Shown here in pieces: positions 48,652-57,618 of a stretch of 64,000 nt of DNA. The DNA is from a virus, in IMG/VR virus record IMGVR_UViG_3300037961_005428, positions 1-64,000 of that record; one strand, given 5' to 3'. Numbering within the stretch: position 1 is the first letter of the stretch; every line of letters begins with the position of its first letter. Under the pieces are notes generated by a model, which was not told the DNA's origin, searched no databases, and saw only the letters and a list, made by a program, of their open reading frames with translations. The translations under genes were made by a program, and so were the position numbers.

Positions 48652-49295
48652 AAGCAGGTGAAAACATGTTATTCGGAAACAATCAACAGCAAAGCGGTGC
48701 ACTGAACCTTGGTGCGCCAGCCAATACTCCACAACAGCCCTTCCAATTCGGTCAGCAGCCGCCCAGTGCCATGCAAAACTTTGGCCAAAGTGCGTTTGGT
48801 GGCAGTATGATGCAGGGTATGGGTATGAATCCGGGCATGATGCAGCAACCCGTGGCCCCGCCCAGTGAAACTGAAATTCAATTGGCACTCATGCGCTCTG
48901 TCGCACCTATGGACAGATTCGTGGCATCAGCCCAAATGGCCACGCTTGTGCAGATGCTGAACGACCTTGTTAGTTTCTCAGTGCTGGAAGTGATGAAAAA
49001 CGCCACTTTTGTCATCAACGAGGACGATGGTACCATGAAATTGGATGTTACTTCACTGCCTTCCAACCTTCAAACCATGAGTGCGGAGAATGTCACCAAT
49101 CAATTTAACCAACTTCAAAGCACCAGTCAGCAAAACATCCAGCAAATGGAGATGCAGCAGCAACAAATCCTTGCTATGGCTCAGCAATCGCTGATGGGTG
49201 GGGCACTTGCAGCGGCTATGGCTGACGAAGGTATGATGCAAAAGGTGGGTGGCGGAGTTGGCTCCTTCGCTCGTAGTATGTTGGGAGGACGATGA
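48648..49295 (+). CDS. Gln/Met-rich protein
   Basis: Low-complexity N-terminus, helical C-terminus. Confidence 0.7.
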   Translation: MKAGENMLFGNNQQQSGALNLGAPANTPQQPFQFGQQPPSAMQNFGQSAFGGSMMQGMGMNPGMMQQPVAPPSETEIQLALMRSVAPMDRFVASAQMATLVQMLNDLVSFSVLEVMKNATFVINEDDGTMKLDVTSLPSNLQTMSAENVTNQFNQLQSTSQQNIQQMEMQQQQILAMAQQSLMGGALAAAMADEGMMQKVGGGVGSFARSMLGGR

Positions 49296-49296
49296 T

Positions 49297-49548
49297 ATGG
49301 TAGATAGTGGTATACCGGGATTTTACTATGGCTTTGCCATGTCAACACGCGACATTTTTGCCCCAAAGAAGAGCGTCATTGTAGATATGGTGATGGTACA
49401 GGTTTTGACCATCATCGTCACCCTTTCACTGGTGTTGTTGACGGGCTCGGGTAAGTTGTCTTCGGACACAATGGCTTACATGATGGGAGCCATGATGGGT
49501 GCGATTTTGCTTGCTACGGGGATTTACACCCGTATTTCACAACAATAG
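49297..49548 (+). CDS. small 2-TM membrane protein (holin-like size)
   Basis: GGAGG RBS; two hydrophobic segments. Confidence 0.65.
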   Translation: MVDSGIPGFYYGFAMSTRDIFAPKKSVIVDMVMVQVLTIIVTLSLVLLTGSGKLSSDTMAYMMGAMMGAILLATGIYTRISQQ

Positions 49549-49800
49549 TCACCACTTGTCTTGTGGACAGGTGGATGATTTGAGCGAGGCTTTTGCTCGC
49601 ATGAAGCATCCACAGTCTTTGCACCGTGTACCTGTCCAACTTGGGCACTCTTGACAGATAGCGAGTCTGCGACTCCGCTCTTCGGGACTTACTTTTCGTC
49701 GCAAAGCCACATCTCTTGCGGCCTTTGATAGCGAAACAGCCGTCTCCTTTGTCATCGGGATTCCGGCGACTTTGACATCCATTTTGGGCAGTCTTGGCAC
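49549..49800 (-). CDS. DUF6171-like Cys-rich protein
   Basis: RLAICQECP...CKDCGCFM..K...CP..KW. Confidence 0.75.
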   Translation of the reverse strand: MPRLPKMDVKVAGIPMTKETAVSLSKAARDVALRRKVSPEERSRRLAICQECPSWTGTRCKDCGCFMRAKASLKSSTCPQDKW

Positions 49801-49858
49801 AGTGTTTCCTCGCTGTTCTTTCCTAAAGGCTTATCGTTGGGCGTAGCATGGACCACGC

Positions 49859-50569
49859 ATGGGAGGTCGGCAGACCAAGCGTTCTTGCCCTTTTTGCCAA
49901 GACCCCGACCGTGACAAACTTGAGATGAGCATTGCTCAAGGCATCGCTGATGTTCGCACCATGGACCGCGATAAAGGCTGGCGGGCCAACACGGCAGAAC
50001 GCCACATGAGAAACCACGCTGGTGAAAATTTAGAAGGTTCCAACTATCGCTGCGTGATATGCACGGACGACCACCGAAGCATGTACGAAGTCGCTTATTT
50101 TGACGAGGGCATGACCACCGAAGAGATTGCCCAAGAGTTGAATTGCAGTGAGGCTACAGTCTACAAGCACATGAAAGAGCACTTCCAGCCCATCGTCAAG
50201 CAAAGTGCATCGGCTATTGTGTCCATTAAGGTGGGTCAAGAGGCTGATATCCTGCGACACAACACTGAGCGCCTCAATGAAAAGTTGTCTCGCTACATGG
50301 ACGAGGTCAGCATCCACGATGACGGGGCTGTTTCGGACATGGTTAAGTTGAGCAAAGAGATTCGTGAGTCCATCAAGGACTTGACTTCGTTCCAAAAGGC
50401 GTGGGTTGAACCCGAGGAGAAAATGGTCGCAAACACCATCAACATCCTCAAAGTTGAAATGGCGAAAGAAAGTCCCGATACTTGGAAGCGTGTCAAAGAA
50501 GCCTTGCTCACACAGGAAGGCGACGAAATTGACATCAGCGGCATGTTAGAGCAGGAGGATAGCGCATGA
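49859..50569 (+). CDS. tandem Zn/HTH DNA-binding protein, terminase small subunit candidate
   Basis: Two CxxC...HxxxH HTH units plus coiled coil. Confidence 0.55.
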   Translation: MGGRQTKRSCPFCQDPDRDKLEMSIAQGIADVRTMDRDKGWRANTAERHMRNHAGENLEGSNYRCVICTDDHRSMYEVAYFDEGMTTEEIAQELNCSEATVYKHMKEHFQPIVKQSASAIVSIKVGQEADILRHNTERLNEKLSRYMDEVSIHDDGAVSDMVKLSKEIRESIKDLTSFQKAWVEPEEKMVANTINILKVEMAKESPDTWKRVKEALLTQEGDEIDISGMLEQEDSA

Positions 50570-51618
50570 CCAGTAGCATGGGTACCGGCACTGACACCCG
50601 CATGTACTCCCCTCGGTCCGAATCGGACCACCTGTACTCGGACGGTGAAGACTACCGACACGGTAAGGGCTCGCCCGAACACGAGGACGAGATGAAAGAC
50701 AAGAAAATGAAGGAGAAGGAGGAGCGTGTCAAGACCCGTGAACTCCCCCATCTCAAGTTCAACATTGAATCGGCCGAGCAGGACATGGGTATGCCTGCTC
50801 CTATGCCGATGGACGAGCCACAAGAGGACATGATGGAAGAAACGCCCATGGCTCAGCAGGGTGAACTTAGCGCTCTTACCGGTTCTCCGGGCACCGGCTC
50901 ACCCGAAGCCAGCATTAGTTTTGGTGCACAGGCGCTCAGCCCGTATGGTCAGCAGACCATCATGGCCAGCGAGCCGATGGACATCGCTTTCCAACTGCTC
51001 AAGCGAGATGGCGACTTCTCCACTCAGCCGTTCAAGGCTCCCCCCGGTGGCCGCTCTCGTCAAAAACAAGCAACATCCATGCGTGCTAAGCGACAGGCTC
51101 GCACACTCAGCCCTCGCACGGAAAAGGGTGGCATGGTTAATGCTGATAAAGCCGTTGAGATGTCTCACCTTGGCATTGATACCAAGCAACCCCTGCGTTT
51201 GTTCCCCGACAAATACCGTCAAAGCCTTGGTACTCGGGCCATGCAGGCCAATCGTGGTAACATTGCGCTCCCCTATCAAGGGCACAACATTGAGCGCCGC
51301 ACTCCTTTCAAGCCCATGACCATGAAGTCCGAACTTCAAGAAGTGCAAATGCTTCTCAAGTCGGCTTCGGGCTACCTTCACCTCAGTCAATTGCGCAACA
51401 TTCTGCGAGACTTGAAGCGAGCCATCGCTCGCAAGGAGTCAGCCAAGAAAGCGCCGCCGTCCGGCAAAGGCACTTCCAAAGAAGGCGAGGCTGGGCACCG
51501 TGATGGTGAAACCACTCAGCCCCAAGGGCGCACTGACAATGTAGAGGCTGATGAGTTCCGTTCTGCCGGTGCCTCCGGTCACCAGTTTGTGAGCAGGGGT
51601 AGCGGGAGGACGGCTTGA
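50566..51618 (+). CDS. putative virion protein with internal tag
   Basis: SEPMDIAFQLLKR internal. Confidence 0.7.
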   Translation: MTSSMGTGTDTRMYSPRSESDHLYSDGEDYRHGKGSPEHEDEMKDKKMKEKEERVKTRELPHLKFNIESAEQDMGMPAPMPMDEPQEDMMEETPMAQQGELSALTGSPGTGSPEASISFGAQALSPYGQQTIMASEPMDIAFQLLKRDGDFSTQPFKAPPGGRSRQKQATSMRAKRQARTLSPRTEKGGMVNADKAVEMSHLGIDTKQPLRLFPDKYRQSLGTRAMQANRGNIALPYQGHNIERRTPFKPMTMKSELQEVQMLLKSASGYLHLSQLRNILRDLKRAIARKESAKKAPPSGKGTSKEGEAGHRDGETTQPQGRTDNVEADEFRSAGASGHQFVSRGSGRTA

Positions 51619-53807
51619 TGTTCCGTGTTCACTACTCGTCGGACTCACTGGCCAAGAGCCGTGGCGGGTTTGACATTGTGGACACGCTTCACCGCACATG
51701 GAACCTCATGAAGCAGCAGATGGTGCTTCGCAAGTCCTACGGCCTGTACCACATTGGCGAGGATGAGACGCACCCGATTCGCCACTGGGCACCCGAAGAA
51801 GCATTCAATCCACCCGAAGACATTGGTTGGTACGACCAGTTTGAGGGGCCCGAAGGCATGCGGGCGCACCACCCGCCGTTTGGCCACGATTTCAAAACCG
51901 GCCGCCTCCTTCATCGCACTCGCAACGGGCAAACTGTTCCCGAAAGCGCCCACCCGCTTGACTACATGATGGGGCACATGCATCACAAAGTGCGAGAACA
52001 TTTCATTAAAAACGGTGTTAATCCGGACGCTACGGTTGAAAGTGGTGAGCCTATTTGGTCAATGGACCATGTCAAACACATGTTCAATCACGCTATCAAC
52101 ATACACAACAAGACTGGAGATAACCTCCCTAATGTAAACAGTGTGCTATGGCGATTGAACACCACGAGCGGGTTTGACGGGGACAGTGTCGGCAGTGAAC
52201 GACAGGCCACAACGGATGATGGCCGACCAATTAACTACTCCACGAACATGGGGAACATGCACGATTTAGAGGGCGCTGACAAAGGAATGTGGATTGATGG
52301 TGGTGTCCATCCCATGTATAAGGACACGGCCCGAGTAGCGCAATTCACTTTTGACATGTACGAAAAACTGCTCGGCATCCCTATGCCGAAGGTTGATGAC
52401 TTTGCTTACCTCACCAGTTCCAAAGTCCCTCTTCAGAGCATGACTTTTGGACGAGTTCGTCCGTTGAGGCGGGAAGAGGCTGAGGAGCATTTTGGCGAAG
52501 GTGGAAGCGGTATGATTCCCGGTCACAAGTCGGGGAAAGTTGTTGAAAATTATCACCCGCTGGATGTAGCGCACTTTGCTCCCAAGGCGTTGTTTGCTAC
52601 TCCGACACGAAACTTGGGGGCTAAGCAACGAGCCCAAGGTGAAGATTCGGCTGAAATCGCATCTCGTGCTAACGAAATTATCCGAGAACTTGGCGAAATC
52701 GGCATTAACATCACTCCCGAAGAAGCCATGCAATACGCAGCCATGCCCATTTCACAATTCTTGATTGGTGGGACGGGACACCAAGTGAAGGCCGGCTCAC
52801 GAGCACCAGCCATTTTGAGAGGAGTGGCAGCATCACTTGGCGTGGATATGGAGTCGGGTATGTATAAACGGGTTCGGGATTCAATTGGAACTCGCAGAGG
52901 CGCTTCAAAGAACAGAGGACTTTCTCGCTCTCGTGATTTGTACGCTATCCCTTGGGTGCACTCACTTAACCTCCTTGCATCGGGTCAAGCCGAGAATCAA
53001 CAGGATGCTTGGATGCAGGCACTTGACAACTTTCGCAACGCAGACTACGACCACAAAGACCATGCTTATGACGAGGCAAACCACGACGCATACCTCCAAT
53101 TCGTCAATGCGTTCCGTAATACCGACGGACATAGAGGACAAGTGTCTCAAATCACTGGTAAACTCCCCGAGGCTCACAAAGACCATCCTCATCACGACAT
53201 TCACTCGTCTGTACCTCCACATTGGGAGGGGCATGTACACGCTCTGCCAGCAGGAATTTCGCCAACGGCTGACCGGGTACAGGAAGTCACTGCCAACATG
53301 CTGGCGCAAAATAGAAGAGAGGAGCCACCCCGTAAACGAGCCATGGAGGATGCCGCCGCTGCTCCTGTCAGTATGGAAGAACTTCAAGCGGCTCGCTCTC
53401 AATTGAACAACCCTTCGCAGCGCGTAAGGGAGGCTTCTGCGGTCTTACCCCAGCCGACTTATGACCTTGAAGGCAATCAAGGGGTATCTCGCCAACAACG
53501 ATTGGACGACGGTAGCATCATCACTTCTTCTGAAGAGCGCACGGTTAGCGACCTGCTCAAGACCATGGAGCGCATTCAATTCAAAGAAGCAAGTCAAGAC
53601 GCTGTGGTCAAATCACTGGCCCAGTATCGGTCCCGAATCACCAAGGCTGACGATGTCAGTGCCGTAGCCAAATCGCTCGGCATCAGCGTGATGGATGTTC
53701 ACGGCATCTACCACTCACACGGCGATTGGCACCGTGTGGCAAGCGACTGGAATGTCGGTCCCGAAATCGTCAAGGCGGTCAAGGTCACCTTTGGGGGTGG
53801 CGCTTGA
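51615..53807 (+). CDS. large His-rich putative virion protein
   Basis: 730 aa; tag variant LHRTWNLMKQ near N-terminus. Confidence 0.7.
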   Translation: MMFRVHYSSDSLAKSRGGFDIVDTLHRTWNLMKQQMVLRKSYGLYHIGEDETHPIRHWAPEEAFNPPEDIGWYDQFEGPEGMRAHHPPFGHDFKTGRLLHRTRNGQTVPESAHPLDYMMGHMHHKVREHFIKNGVNPDATVESGEPIWSMDHVKHMFNHAINIHNKTGDNLPNVNSVLWRLNTTSGFDGDSVGSERQATTDDGRPINYSTNMGNMHDLEGADKGMWIDGGVHPMYKDTARVAQFTFDMYEKLLGIPMPKVDDFAYLTSSKVPLQSMTFGRVRPLRREEAEEHFGEGGSGMIPGHKSGKVVENYHPLDVAHFAPKALFATPTRNLGAKQRAQGEDSAEIASRANEIIRELGEIGINITPEEAMQYAAMPISQFLIGGTGHQVKAGSRAPAILRGVAASLGVDMESGMYKRVRDSIGTRRGASKNRGLSRSRDLYAIPWVHSLNLLASGQAENQQDAWMQALDNFRNADYDHKDHAYDEANHDAYLQFVNAFRNTDGHRGQVSQITGKLPEAHKDHPHHDIHSSVPPHWEGHVHALPAGISPTADRVQEVTANMLAQNRREEPPRKRAMEDAAAAPVSMEELQAARSQLNNPSQRVREASAVLPQPTYDLEGNQGVSRQQRLDDGSIITSSEERTVSDLLKTMERIQFKEASQDAVVKSLAQYRSRITKADDVSAVAKSLGISVMDVHGIYHSHGDWHRVASDWNVGPEIVKAVKVTFGGGA

Positions 53808-54748
53808 TGGAAGGTGAAGTGTTGGTCAAAGCCCGCCCTCGTCTTCAATACAACATGAGTGGTCAGCCCAGCATGTATTTTGAACGAGACGGCCGTGGCG
53901 AAAGTGCTACCCCAACAAAGCGTGAGCGTTTAGCCGGACTTGCTGGCGGATTAGTTGGCGTAATGGGCGGGCTTACAGGTAAGCATCGTAGCCTTGGCAG
54001 TTTGTTGGGTAGCATGTACGCTGGCAAAGTCCAAGGTGAAGGCATTGGTCGTGGTCTTGCTGGTAAAACTGTTTCCCGAGCACGGCGTGCAGAATTGAAG
54101 GAGCAGGAGGACCGACTTGCAGCAGAGGCTCAAAAAGAAGGTCAGCGGAGATTTAGAGAAAGGCGACCAATTGGCATCCGTGCTCGCAACGCTCGCATGC
54201 TCGCTGCCGAAGATGAGGCGTTAGCACGAGCGGGTTCGGCGGAAGAAGAATTGCGAGCCTCGCAAGCGGCTTCTAAACGAATGGGTAAAATTGGTAGAGA
54301 CTTCCGAGTAGCGCAGAATAAAGCGGAGCGTAGAGCGGTTAGCCGAGAAGACATGTCAAGGGCTCGTGCACTACGGGGTATGAGTCCGGCGCAAATAGAG
54401 CGGTTTAAAGAACTGGACTCAGCGGGTCTTGAAAGGTTACAAGCGATTGCTGGCATATTGGATGAAACGGTAAATCCGTACGCTCAAATCAACCCAACTG
54501 TAGGAGAAATGAATCAGCAGCAAGTTCCTCAAGGAACAGTTCAACCGCTGCAATTCGGCCCGGGCGCTCAAATGACTTTGCAGGCAGGTGAAGAGATTAC
54601 ACCGGAGCATGCTGACCACAATAATGAAGGCTTGACAACTCAACTCGGACTGGATATTGCTGACGAGCAAGAAAAGGAGTCGGAACAAACCATGGGGTTG
54701 GGACAGTCTGAGTTTGGTAACCTTTTGGGCAGGATGGGGCCACAATGA
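53807..54748 (+). CDS. Gly/Arg-rich putative virion protein (start 53807)
   Basis: MEGEVLVKA; glycine-zipper-like LAGLAGGLVGVMGG. Confidence 0.65.
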   Translation: MEGEVLVKARPRLQYNMSGQPSMYFERDGRGESATPTKRERLAGLAGGLVGVMGGLTGKHRSLGSLLGSMYAGKVQGEGIGRGLAGKTVSRARRAELKEQEDRLAAEAQKEGQRRFRERRPIGIRARNARMLAAEDEALARAGSAEEELRASQAASKRMGKIGRDFRVAQNKAERRAVSREDMSRARALRGMSPAQIERFKELDSAGLERLQAIAGILDETVNPYAQINPTVGEMNQQQVPQGTVQPLQFGPGAQMTLQAGEEITPEHADHNNEGLTTQLGLDIADEQEKESEQTMGLGQSEFGNLLGRMGPQ

Positions 54749-56247
54749 GTGATAATCCTGCCATCAAAGACCTCGTCCATCAAGTGGACACTGAGATGTG
54801 CAAGAAGAGTTTCAAGTATTTTTTTCACGACATTTTGGGGTTTGACTACTCCTATCACCACGGTTGCTGGGAGAAAGGGCTGAATGAAAACCGCTACTAC
54901 TGCGTGAAGGCGTCCCGTGACCACGGTAAATCCGTGTTCTTCATGTCCTACGCTCTGTGGTTGGGAGCGTTCCAGCCCAACACGCACATCATGGTGTTCA
55001 GTCACAGTCTTGAGCAGACCCTTGAGCACATGCGTTTCATTCGCAGCAACATTGAGGGCACGGACTTGCTCAAGCATCTCAAGCCTTCGGGCAAGCCGTG
55101 GGCCAAGTCCTACTTTGAGTTCACCAATGGCAGTCGTATTATGGCCAAGTCGGTCGGTGGTGCTACTCGTGGGTTCCACCCCGATGTCGTGGTCTGCGAC
55201 GACATCCTGTGGGGAACGACCACGGGTGAGTTGCAGCGTGCGGCTGACTGGTTTTACACCGTCCTTCTCCCTGTGTTGCACCACACGGGTCGCATGATGA
55301 TGGTCGGCACGCCGTTTTCTTACGACGACCTGTACGCTGAGTTGGAGGAAAAAGACACCTTCACGGTAGAGACATATCCTGCTATCAACGACAAAGGCGA
55401 AGCCTTGTGGCCGGAGCGATGGGACTTGGATGCTCTCAAAATGCGTGAGTCGTCCATGCCTGCTATCCGGTTTGCTCGTGAGTATTTGTGCGAGCCAATC
55501 CACGACACCTCCAGCATGTTCCCGCACAGCCTGCTTGAAGCAGCCCGTGACCCGAACCTCAAGGTCATGGACTACGCCGAGCACGAATACGACGAAAATG
55601 GTGAGAAGGCCGGACTGTTTGGACAGCATTTCATCGGCTGGGACCCGGCAATTGCGTCGGATAAGAACGCTGACTACACCGCCATGGTGGTGATTCGCAC
55701 TGTGCCGGGCGACGGCACCAAGCAAATCGTCCATGTCGTCAACGAAAAGGGACTTGGTGGCATGGCGCAAAAGAAGCGCATGCTCATCCTCAACAATCGG
55801 TTCCAGCCCGACCTCATTGAGTTGGAAGGTAACAACTTCCAGCGCATGTTTGAGGCTGAACTGCGGGACATGCGTGATGACATTCCCATCAAGACCTTCA
55901 TGACCACTCGTCAGCGAAAGGAGTCCATGTTCATGAGTTTGCTTTTGGCCTTTGAGCAGGGCCAACTCAAAACGCCGTGGGGCGATGAGAAGAGCAAGGA
56001 GTACACGAGGATTTTGGAGACGCAACTGAGTCGTTTCGGTATGAAGCGCAACGGCCGACTTGAGTCGGTGGGCAGCCACGACGACTTGGCTATGGCTGTG
56101 GCTCTTGCCAACTGGGGCACCAAGGAGTTCAAGGGCAGCATTATGCTGCTGGACGACGACGACTTACCCGGCTTTGACAAATGGTTCTTGGGCGCACCGA
56201 GCATGCCCAACCCCCGTTTCGGAGGAGATGATATTTTTGTGGCTTAG
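54745..56247 (+). CDS. terL: terminase large subunit
   Basis: ASRDHGKS, RGFHPDVVVCDD, VGTP, FAREY, GWDPA...DYTA, HDDLAMA. Confidence 0.95.
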   Translation: MSDNPAIKDLVHQVDTEMCKKSFKYFFHDILGFDYSYHHGCWEKGLNENRYYCVKASRDHGKSVFFMSYALWLGAFQPNTHIMVFSHSLEQTLEHMRFIRSNIEGTDLLKHLKPSGKPWAKSYFEFTNGSRIMAKSVGGATRGFHPDVVVCDDILWGTTTGELQRAADWFYTVLLPVLHHTGRMMMVGTPFSYDDLYAELEEKDTFTVETYPAINDKGEALWPERWDLDALKMRESSMPAIRFAREYLCEPIHDTSSMFPHSLLEAARDPNLKVMDYAEHEYDENGEKAGLFGQHFIGWDPAIASDKNADYTAMVVIRTVPGDGTKQIVHVVNEKGLGGMAQKKRMLILNNRFQPDLIELEGNNFQRMFEAELRDMRDDIPIKTFMTTRQRKESMFMSLLLAFEQGQLKTPWGDEKSKEYTRILETQLSRFGMKRNGRLESVGSHDDLAMAVALANWGTKEFKGSIMLLDDDDLPGFDKWFLGAPSMPNPRFGGDDIFVA

Positions 56248-56301
56248 GGACCTAAACTCTCATAAGGAGATGGCCCCGCTCAACTACGAGGAGGGTGCGC
56301 T

Positions 56302-57618
56302 GTGTGGTCATCGTTGAAGGTCGGCGTTGGTGAAAACTTCGTTGATTTGGGGGATGAATTGGGCAACATGGTCGCCTCCACACTTTCTCACCACCCACTG
56401 GTCAAGCAAGACCCGTCCACGGCTGTCATTATTGCCAAGGAGGCCTTGCCCCGTGCAGAAGAGCCCGACATTTTCGTAGAGATGCATGAGTTCCCTGTCA
56501 ACGGAGACTCGTGGTTTGTCAGCCATTTTGGTAAGGACGCCGATGATGTCGTCAAAAACTTCAAGCGTGCTCGTCGGCACATGAAAGACATGCGTGACGA
56601 GATTGACAAGGCCATAGAAAGCGTGCGCACCATGAAGGCAGAAGAGGTGCAGAAGACTTTGGAGTCCATTCCTTGGGCAAAGGAGCATCACAGCGCTATA
56701 CGCAACTTGGGGCTCAGTGATAGGAACTTGAAATCACTTCGCTTGTTTTCCAAGTCTCGTGAAAGCACACTTCGTCGGGCGTGCATTATGTGGGAAGTCG
56801 CTGATGAAACCCTCAAAATGCTGGACGAGTTTGAGGATGTTTGGGGAGACGAAGAACGATTTGCTTGGGTTAATGCCATGCAACAGCGGCAGGATGCCAA
56901 GAAAATGTGGCGCAATGGCCTTCATCAAATTGATAGTTTGACCAAGCAGCAGCAGGGTATTCTACAAATGGCAAAGGAAGAACTGGTGGAAAAGGGGCAC
57001 ATGAGTGCACGGTCCATCGCCTCTAACCTTATTGCCAAAGGGGGCGGTCGTGTTGAGGCTGTCAGCGTTTCGCAATTGCTCAAAATGTACGGTGAAGAAA
57101 TTGACATCATCAAGGCCCCAAGGCGTGGTGAATATGCTGTGCTGACTTCACACGGTATTATTGTCAAAGACCCGTGGGCCTACGCCGCTGGTTTCTTTGA
57201 CGCAGACGGCTCAATCTACATCACCAAGCGTGGAGAAGTGCGAGCCTCCGCTATCGCCACAGGCGACCGTGGTAAAATTCACTGCGAGCGTTTGCAGAAA
57301 ACACTGGGTTGCGGCATCCTCAGCCTCAATGAAAGCATTGGTAAAAACAGCAACCGCAGCGTGCACCGTGTCAATTTCCAATCCAAGTCCGATGTCAAAA
57401 AAGTGCTTGAAGGCATCCTTCCTCACCTGCAACTCAAGTCCATGCAGGCTAAGGCCGCTCTCCGATGCCTACAAGAAGAGGACCCCCTTCTCAAAGAACA
57501 ACTCCGGTTGTTTGTTCAGCATGAAAACTGGAAAGACGACCCCGACGCACTGGCAAAGAAAATGGGAGAATGGACGGTTGACAAAGACACGGTAATGGGT
57601 TGGAAAGAGGTGTTGTAA
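56302..57618 (+). CDS. helical domain + wHTH + C-terminal LAGLIDADG domain protein
   Basis: YAAGFFDADGSI...LQKTLGCG...ILPHLQLK..QA. Confidence 0.8.
   Translation: MWSSLKVGVGENFVDLGDELGNMVASTLSHHPLVKQDPSTAVIIAKEALPRAEEPDIFVEMHEFPVNGDSWFVSHFGKDADDVVKNFKRARRHMKDMRDEIDKAIESVRTMKAEEVQKTLESIPWAKEHHSAIRNLGLSDRNLKSLRLFSKSRESTLRRACIMWEVADETLKMLDEFEDVWGDEERFAWVNAMQQRQDAKKMWRNGLHQIDSLTKQQQGILQMAKEELVEKGHMSARSIASNLIAKGGGRVEAVSVSQLLKMYGEEIDIIKAPRRGEYAVLTSHGIIVKDPWAYAAGFFDADGSIYITKRGEVRASAIATGDRGKIHCERLQKTLGCGILSLNESIGKNSNRSVHRVNFQSKSDVKKVLEGILPHLQLKSMQAKAALRCLQEEDPLLKEQLRLFVQHENWKDDPDALAKKMGEWTVDKDTVMGWKEVL

Noticed and set aside
54640-56079. 479-aa minus-strand ORF
   Set aside because: Antisense shadow of the terminase gene.
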